A stretch of DNA of 64,000 nucleotides from Elsinoe ampelina (taxonomy: Eukaryota). The notes under the pieces were generated by a model, which was not told the DNA's origin, did no database searches, and worked only from the letters and a program-made list of their open reading frames with translations. Made by a program: the position numbers and the translations under genes. The stretch covers positions 1,532,670-1,596,669 of the forward strand of contig ML992505.1 in the NCBI GenBank assembly GCA_010093995.1, given 5' to 3'. Of the stretch, positions 57,716-64,000 are shown one piece after another; the first letter of the stretch is position 1; each line of letters opens with the position of its first letter.

Positions 57716-59388
57716 ATGTTCAAGAAACTAGAGGGGCGCGCCCTCTACAAGGTCATGAGCGCCTGTTGTGGCTCAGCCTTCATGTTATACGGTATGCCAA
57801 TGGTATCTCCAACCTACGACGTAGCAAATCTGATATGATGTAGGATACGATGCAGGTGTGCTTGGAGGCTTCCAGGAGACACCTCAATTTCGATCAGCTA
57901 TCGGCAACCCTGAAGGCGCATACATCATTCCCATCATCGCATCCATCTACAATCTTGCAGCGGCAGTCATGTCGCTCGCCATCACGCTATTCGGCATGCA
58001 GCTCGGGCGGCGCAAGACGATCTTGCTCGGGAATCTGCTCATCTGTATTGGTGCAGCCCTTCAAGCATCAACATACTCTGTCGCTCAAATCATCGTCGGG
58101 CGTATCATCTGTGGGTTTGGTATCGGTTGCATTGCCAGCGCTGTGCCTACGTACATGGCTGAGATGTCGTTGGAAGCGAAAGAGCGTGGTCCAGAGATTT
58201 CCTACCAGGGTGCGCTTTTGATCACTGGCGTGGTAAGTCTGAAACCTTCTTCTTCACCTTCGCCTGTGTGAAATCACCTCTGAAGCAGAATTTTGCTGAA
58301 AATGACTCCAGGCCCTCGCATACTGGGTCGACCTTGGTTTTGTTCAAGGTCTCGAGGAGCACCCCTGGCTCTGGCGCGTCCCCATCGCAATGCAAGCATG
58401 CTTCGCCATCTTTTCTACTGCAGGTCTGGCGTTCCTACCAGATACACCTCGTTGGTACTACGCTCGAGGTCGCACCGCCGAGGGCGATGCTGTACTTGCT
58501 CGTCTACACGGACTCTCCACCGCGCATCCAAAGGTCATGGTACAGCGCGAAGAGGTCCTCGCTTCTATTCGCGAAGAGTCGTCAGCCAAGTTCAATGTCT
58601 GGTTGCTATTCTGGGACAACTCGGACTACCAGGTTGGCCGTCGACTACGAACGTCGTTCCTAATCCTGTTCGTACAGCAGTTTCTGGGGATCAACATGCT
58701 GGTTTACTTCAGTACACAAATTTTCTCCAACCTTCGCTATACGCCGTTCATGTCAAGCGTACTCGCAGCAGTCATGAATACGATATTTGCTCTGGCTTGT
58801 TTCCCACCGATCTGGTATATCGAAAAGCTAGGCCGAAGACCGATGATGTTCTGGACCTCACTTGGATGTGGCGCCTGCATGTTGGTCTACGTAGTCCTCA
58901 CTACGCTAAAGACTCAGACTACGGGCACGAATTGGGGTGCCGTGGCTGTCATACTTTTGTACAATATCATCTTTGGCTTTGGTTGGCTAGGACCTCCATG
59001 GATCTACGGACCCGAGATCGCGCCTCTCAAATATCGACACGTTGCTGGAGGTCTTGCGGCCTGTGGAGAGTGGCTGAGTACTTGGATCATGGTGTTCGGT
59101 GGTGGCACGGGTATCAATGGTAAGCGAAATCCTCCTGTGTCAAGTTTCATAAACTGATTCCCCCAAGCTGTTGGTCCAAGGATCTTTCTATGGCCGTTAA
59201 TATGCTGCTTCCTCGCCGCTGGATACGTCTGGGTGTATTGCCCTGAGACCACAGGTCGCACGCTTGAAGAAATCGACTATTTGTTTGCAAAACCCCATAT
59301 CAAGGAGCGGATGGATGCCGAAGGCGTTGGCGGCGGCAGGAAGCGAGATGTTGAGGTCAGAGAGGTCGGCAGCGAGAAGAGCGCTTAG
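57716..59388 (+). CDS. MFS sugar porter (hexose transporter family), 4 exons
   Basis: YGYDAG, GRRKT, VPTYMAE, PDTPRW, QQFLGIN, YGPEIAPL, PETTGRTLEEI. Introns ~57792-57843, ~58233-58311, ~59120-59167. Confidence 0.92.
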
Positions 59389-59813
59389 ATCTGTACCAAA
59401 ATGGATTAATAGAGGGTAGACGTGGCTGGACGTGTGTGTATACAGGAGGTGGCAAAAGCCTTGTCACGTGACTCGATCCCAGACCTCTGAGATGTAGATG
59501 TAATGCTCAAACTTCACTGTACATGAGTTTATACTTGACTTGTTTTAATGCAAATGAACGAGTTATATATCGGTGGTACCACGATGCCGCAAATTGTCAC
59601 GAAGCGACGTCTGCTTTCCATGCACATGTATTACGGCGGAACACAGAATTGTAATCGTCGCAGGATCTTACGCACATCTACATGTATACTATCCGGCAAC
59701 ATTTCCTTCGAATACCGAGGCTGGATGTAGTGATTTTGATTTTTACTACCAGCTACCATGCGCTTGGTCCACAACACCATCATGCTGTACCGCTTCTGTC
59801 AAGCATTCGTTTC

Positions 59814-60431
59814 TCAATCATATTTCTTGCCCTTACTACCCTTGTAGCTCTTGCTTCCTTCCGTCGTACTTCCACCACTCGACCTTTGCCTATCACTCGG
59901 TCCCTGCCCGGACTGTGCACTCGAACTCTCCGGCCCGCCCTCGGTCCCCTTCCGCGGCTGGCTGATCTCGTGGTTCGCAGGACTAGCATTCAACGGATTC
60001 CCCTATGTAAGTCAGCACACATCTCGAAAGAGGACATCACCATCAACGCCTCCGCTGCTCTATTAAATATGCTCCGCCGCGCCACCTCATCACCTCATGT
60101 CTAGGATGGAGTCGTGTTTGAAGTATCAAGAAAGGGCCCGACAAACTGATTTTCCGTGCTCCGGGGCGCTCACCGTCCCGCGCTCCGATTCTGCTGCGTC
60201 TAATTGCTCTTCCGGCGTGGTCTTGTCCCTGCTGAATGCCGCATCGTCGATTTGAGCTGCTTCGGCATCCGAGGCGCTTTTGGAGTATTCGTTGCCCTCT
60301 GGCTTGAGGTCATCCTTGCCTGCAGCGTCTTTTCTGGCGGCAAAAGGTGTGCTTCGTGAGAGGTTTCGGGTGGAGACGAAGGAAGGCCGGTAGAGAGGGC
60401 GGACGGAGCGGAGGCTGGGTCGGAAGAGCAT
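59814..60431 (-). CDS. Small hydrophilic mitochondria-targeted hypothetical protein, 2 exons
   Basis: Arg/Ser presequence, KDDLKPEGNEYSKSASD...AAF...TTPE. Intron ~60173-60004 joins GNPLNASPANHEIS. Confidence 0.7.
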
Positions 60432-60782
60432 CGTGTCGGTATGCGGGGTCGATGAGATGCAATTTCTGGTTCGGGCAATATCGTAGTTACTACGCTATCA
60501 GGACTTCCTCTATTACCTGTTCAAGAGGTTGTCTGATTGCCCTTCAAGAGAGGTCTGCAATTCGATCAGATGTCACTTGCCGCCCGTTTAACGAAGTTCA
60601 AGCGTGACGTCACGGTGATGGTGGTTTTGATGGTCATCCCACGATCACAACTGAGCATTTCTCATCGACCTCAGAAGTCAAACTAACTTGTGGTAGTAAT
60701 ACAGTCTACGAACAGTACTACTGATACAAGTGCTTGCCATCTGACACCGACTGCTCGCCAAAGGGGACAATTTGCTCAAACA

Positions 60783-61296
60783 TCAAAGGTCGCCTGCATC
60801 CCGACCGACCTGCTTCGCCAATTCGATAATCTCCGGTCCAAATTGCAACTCATCATCGCCAGGTTCGTTGGTCATCATATCAATCTTCCTATCCTCGTCG
60901 TCTATGAGCATGCTGGTCATTGTTGACCGACCGACCACGTCAGAGAAAGAATCTCCCCTGCTCCTAGAAGGGTTCGACGGGTTGACATCTTGCATGATTG
61001 CTCGAGTCCGAGAGACAAAGTCCCACCTGACATATCGTTCAGCAATGGTTCAGGGCAGGCTGGCATGGAGCGTAGACTACTTACATGAAGTAGACCTTAC
61101 TGCGCCGTCTCGCGGGCTCCATATAGACTCTGTCAAGATTTGGCTCCATGGCTTCGTGATATGCGAGCTTCTTCGCCAGCTCATTTGTGTCTTCCCATAG
61201 CTTCCTGAATCCTGGAGTCGCGTTCGAAGGTACAGGCTGGGCCTGCAAAGCCTCGACAAACTCCCGACGAGTATTGGTTGACGGATTGAGAGCCAT
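60783..61296 (-). CDS. Hypothetical protein, 2 exons
   Basis: Intron ~61084-61028 (GTAAGT...CTGAAC...CAG) joins KVYFM to WDFVSRT in frame. Confidence 0.7.
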
Positions 61297-61831
61297 TGTC
61301 ACGGTTGTGCTGACACCGACAAGGGAGGGAGGTTGTCCTTATTTTCAATCGCTTCTGACTCCAAAGCAACGCTTGACAAGCCTTTGTCTATTCCCTGAAG
61401 TCCTCCAGAAGGTTTCTCGTCGCACGTTCAATGAATAGGAGCTATGGCCAACAGATGCCTACGAGGGTGACGCGTGGTGTGGGGAGCTTGACGCGACCAA
61501 CTCAAGCCGGGCAGGCACGAAAATTGCGCGAAATTAATCTCAATTCGCACAGCTATCAACTCCCACTTCAATTCCTGTTCAATGGCACACAATGTATCGC
61601 GTCTGCCAAGGAGGCACATCTCGGCCAAAGTCACCGAGATTTCGATGTATTCAACAAACAATCCCCTAATCTCTATGGGCCTTCCAATGGAAAGCTGCCG
61701 CCTGATGCCATCGAGGTTGGACGCAAGGAGGTCGAAATGTGGTAGGCATACCAGATCTGAGTGCATACTCATGACATTCATTCTCGCGTCTCCCTTGAAC
61801 AGCCCTTCCTTTATAGAAATCGAACAGCGAT

Positions 61832-63439
61832 ATGTCTCTACTACCGTTGGAGATCGTGGACATGATCGTCGAGCATTGTCACAACATTGACTCAACAATA
61901 CAGCTTGCTCAAACTTGTCGGACGTACCATCGCATGCTGATGCCGAGAGTCTATCATACCATCGAGGTAGTCAATCGGATACCGGGGGTTCCTACTTTGG
62001 AAAGCACAACGAGTCTGGATAAGCCAACAGCAATGTCTTGGGTCGGAATGACATCCTTCATTCGCGCTGCAATGAATACGACCGCCACTGTTGGATTAAT
62101 CACTGCGTTGTCTGTGCCTGCAATGATGTGCGACCCTGCTGCGAGCGAAGCTCAACAGAGTCTCCGCGAGGGAAAGGTCCTACCACATGTTGAGGCCAAA
62201 GATTTCATGGTGCCGCTTCTCGCCGACCAGATTATCAAGCGGGCGTTCCCATTCGACAGCATCCATACACAAATGGGCTACTTTCGAACATGCTTCACTT
62301 CGGGGGATGGCTGGCTGGCACTACTCTTGTCAAGGCTTGATCATCTCGAAGTCCTTGACTTGACCTTGGCTGGGACGAACGGATATAGGTATAGCGATGA
62401 CTGGAACGATACTCGCTTCTGGTCATTGATGATGATGCTATCCGCTTCAATTGCGGGGGACGTGTCGGAAGAATCGTTTCCTCGTCACCTTCCGCAAAGC
62501 CTGTTGGAAGTGGGATCATCTGCGATTCCTCGACCTTCACCTTGGACGCAGGAAATTTGTGACATCTTTAGTGGTATCAGCTATTCGACGTCCTACCAGA
62601 CGAGTCACCGCGTATGCACATCCCTGAAATCATTGGTCATTCGGGATTTGAAGTTCGTCATGCAGGCAGCTCCTGCTATCAACTTCTGCGGGCTCTGTCG
62701 TTTGGAACTCCACGGCTGTTCCGAGTCGAACGATGCGGAGCTTTCCACATTCAGCAAGGTGGTAGCCCCGCTGAAGACTTTGGTTATATCGTCTGCGCAA
62801 CAACGGATCCGCAACGGTCAGCGCCACATACCCTGGTCGTCCGGGATCAGCTCACGCCACATTCAGCAGGCTCTATGGAACTTTCGCCACACCCTGGAAA
62901 ACCTGACCCTCTATGGTTATGACCATCCTGTAGTACCACGCGATACCAGGACGGTGACATTTCGACAGTTATCAAAACTGCGGCGATTACATGTAACTCC
63001 TGGCTATTTGCCAATGGATGAGACCGGGCTACGAAGGAACCTCGACGCGGAATTTCCTCTCAGTCTAGAGGAGCTCTGGGCCTTGAGGCTCAATCATGAA
63101 CAACGTACGATCCTGCCAGCGATGCTGAGCGATCGCGTGACCCTTCCACATTTGAACACGGTCATACTTGACATCCACAGATCGCATGCAGACATGTTTG
63201 ACTATCAGCAATACGCTGAGCTCGGGCGCAAGCGTAATGTCAAGGTTGCAATTTGGAAGCTTCACTGCCACCGAAGAAGCTGCTGGAGTCAAGACACCGG
63301 CTTCATATGCAACTTGGACAGCGATCAGATAAGAGATTCAATGGCATGGGAGGATCCAAGACTGCAATACACAATCGCCGCTGCGTGGCCAGAGTACTCA
63401 GCTCGGGAATGGAAGAGACAAGAGCTGTACGACATGTAG
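61832..63439 (+). CDS. F-box protein with degenerate LRR-like C-terminus
   Basis: N-terminal LLPLEIVDMIVEHC...LAQTCRTYH...VY F-box pattern, with LxxLxL repeats (LDHLEVLDL, LKSLVI, LENLTL, LRRLHV). Confidence 0.75.
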   Translation: MSLLPLEIVDMIVEHCHNIDSTIQLAQTCRTYHRMLMPRVYHTIEVVNRIPGVPTLESTTSLDKPTAMSWVGMTSFIRAAMNTTATVGLITALSVPAMMCDPAASEAQQSLREGKVLPHVEAKDFMVPLLADQIIKRAFPFDSIHTQMGYFRTCFTSGDGWLALLLSRLDHLEVLDLTLAGTNGYRYSDDWNDTRFWSLMMMLSASIAGDVSEESFPRHLPQSLLEVGSSAIPRPSPWTQEICDIFSGISYSTSYQTSHRVCTSLKSLVIRDLKFVMQAAPAINFCGLCRLELHGCSESNDAELSTFSKVVAPLKTLVISSAQQRIRNGQRHIPWSSGISSRHIQQALWNFRHTLENLTLYGYDHPVVPRDTRTVTFRQLSKLRRLHVTPGYLPMDETGLRRNLDAEFPLSLEELWALRLNHEQRTILPAMLSDRVTLPHLNTVILDIHRSHADMFDYQQYAELGRKRNVKVAIWKLHCHRRSCWSQDTGFICNLDSDQIRDSMAWEDPRLQYTIAAAWPEYSAREWKRQELYDM

Positions 63440-64000
63440 CAGCGTATTTACCTTGAAGATTAGCGTTCTATCTCAGTCGCTCACGGGAAGCTCGCTCACG
63501 TATGTTGTGGGCATCTGCGAAAGCCCATACAGGCGTCGATGGAAGAGTGGTGCAGTCTTCCCGAACAATCGCTAAATCATTGTACATTTGATGACAGTAA
63601 CGACATTGTTTCTCTTTAATCAACCTTTGCTAGTAGTCTCTATTCCCATTTCAGCAGGTAGCTGGTAGTAGAATGGTCGCGCGTGCGGAGGTGTGCGCGG
63701 CTGAGGCGGCTCGCTGAGTACCGCCCGCAACGTACATATCGCACGCACTCTTTCCTTCCTTGCCCGCTCAAATTTGACAGAGGCATTCATGGATACTCAA
63801 TGAGCTCCTGGAACGAGTCGGCAGGTACGGATTATGCCGTCGTGATATGGCGGCCCACTCCAGGCACCCATGCAGATGCATGCACCTCGACGCAAGGGGT
63901 AGCTGAAAAAAAAATGAGTCTTTCAGGTATATTTTTACCTATTGCCTGCGATTTGGGAATTGTCTTCTCCTGCGTACTTGTCATCATGTCTTCACTGCTA

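Noticed and set aside
48098..59388. Sugar-acid catabolic cluster (dehydratase, esterase, hydrolase, sugar porter)
   Set aside because: The genes are spread over 11 kb and interrupted by IPI3 and a pseudogene, with no dehydrogenase, aldolase or regulator nearby.
61431..61831. Upstream ORF possibly spliced onto the F-box gene
   Set aside because: The best acceptor (61802) is out of frame. An in-frame acceptor at 61827 lacks a clear branch site. Unresolved without RNA data.
1..64000. CRISPR arrays, rRNA, intact tRNAs, transposase or reverse transcriptase ORFs
   Set aside because: No spaced direct-repeat array, no cloverleaf and no DDE, RT or integrase motifs were recognised by eye.

Overview
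Gene-dense eukaryotic DNA from a filamentous ascomycete (Pezizomycotina; short GT-AG introns with CTRAC branch sites; Dothideomycetes is a guess). About 30 protein-coding loci. Housekeeping genes include a type I phosphoglycerate dehydrogenase, MAM33, CTP1, a Zn2Cys6 factor, importin-5/PSE1, prenylcysteine oxidase, SMC4, VPS4, APC11, TUM1 and IPI3. An accessory stretch (~43-53.5 kb) holds small secreted proteins, gene relics and a TpA-rich, possibly RIP-mutated patch. No rRNA, intact tRNA, CRISPR or intact transposon was seen. Main signals: (1) at least ten ~1 kb domains where the + strand flips abruptly from C/A-rich to G/T-rich, always in that order, regardless of gene orientation, across introns and strongly enough to skew protein composition; (2) two otherwise intact genes each broken by one in-frame TAG (36201-36203 inside a WD40 repeat, 21197-21199 inside a signal peptide), candidates for A-to-I UAG>UGG restorative editing or readthrough; (3) probable divergent Atg31-like and LAMTOR2-like genes; (4) a bacterial-type IlvD/Edd dehydratase with Trp in place of an Fe-S ligand Cys; (5) a single-frameshift gene. 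All homology calls come from motif recognition by eye, not from database searches.
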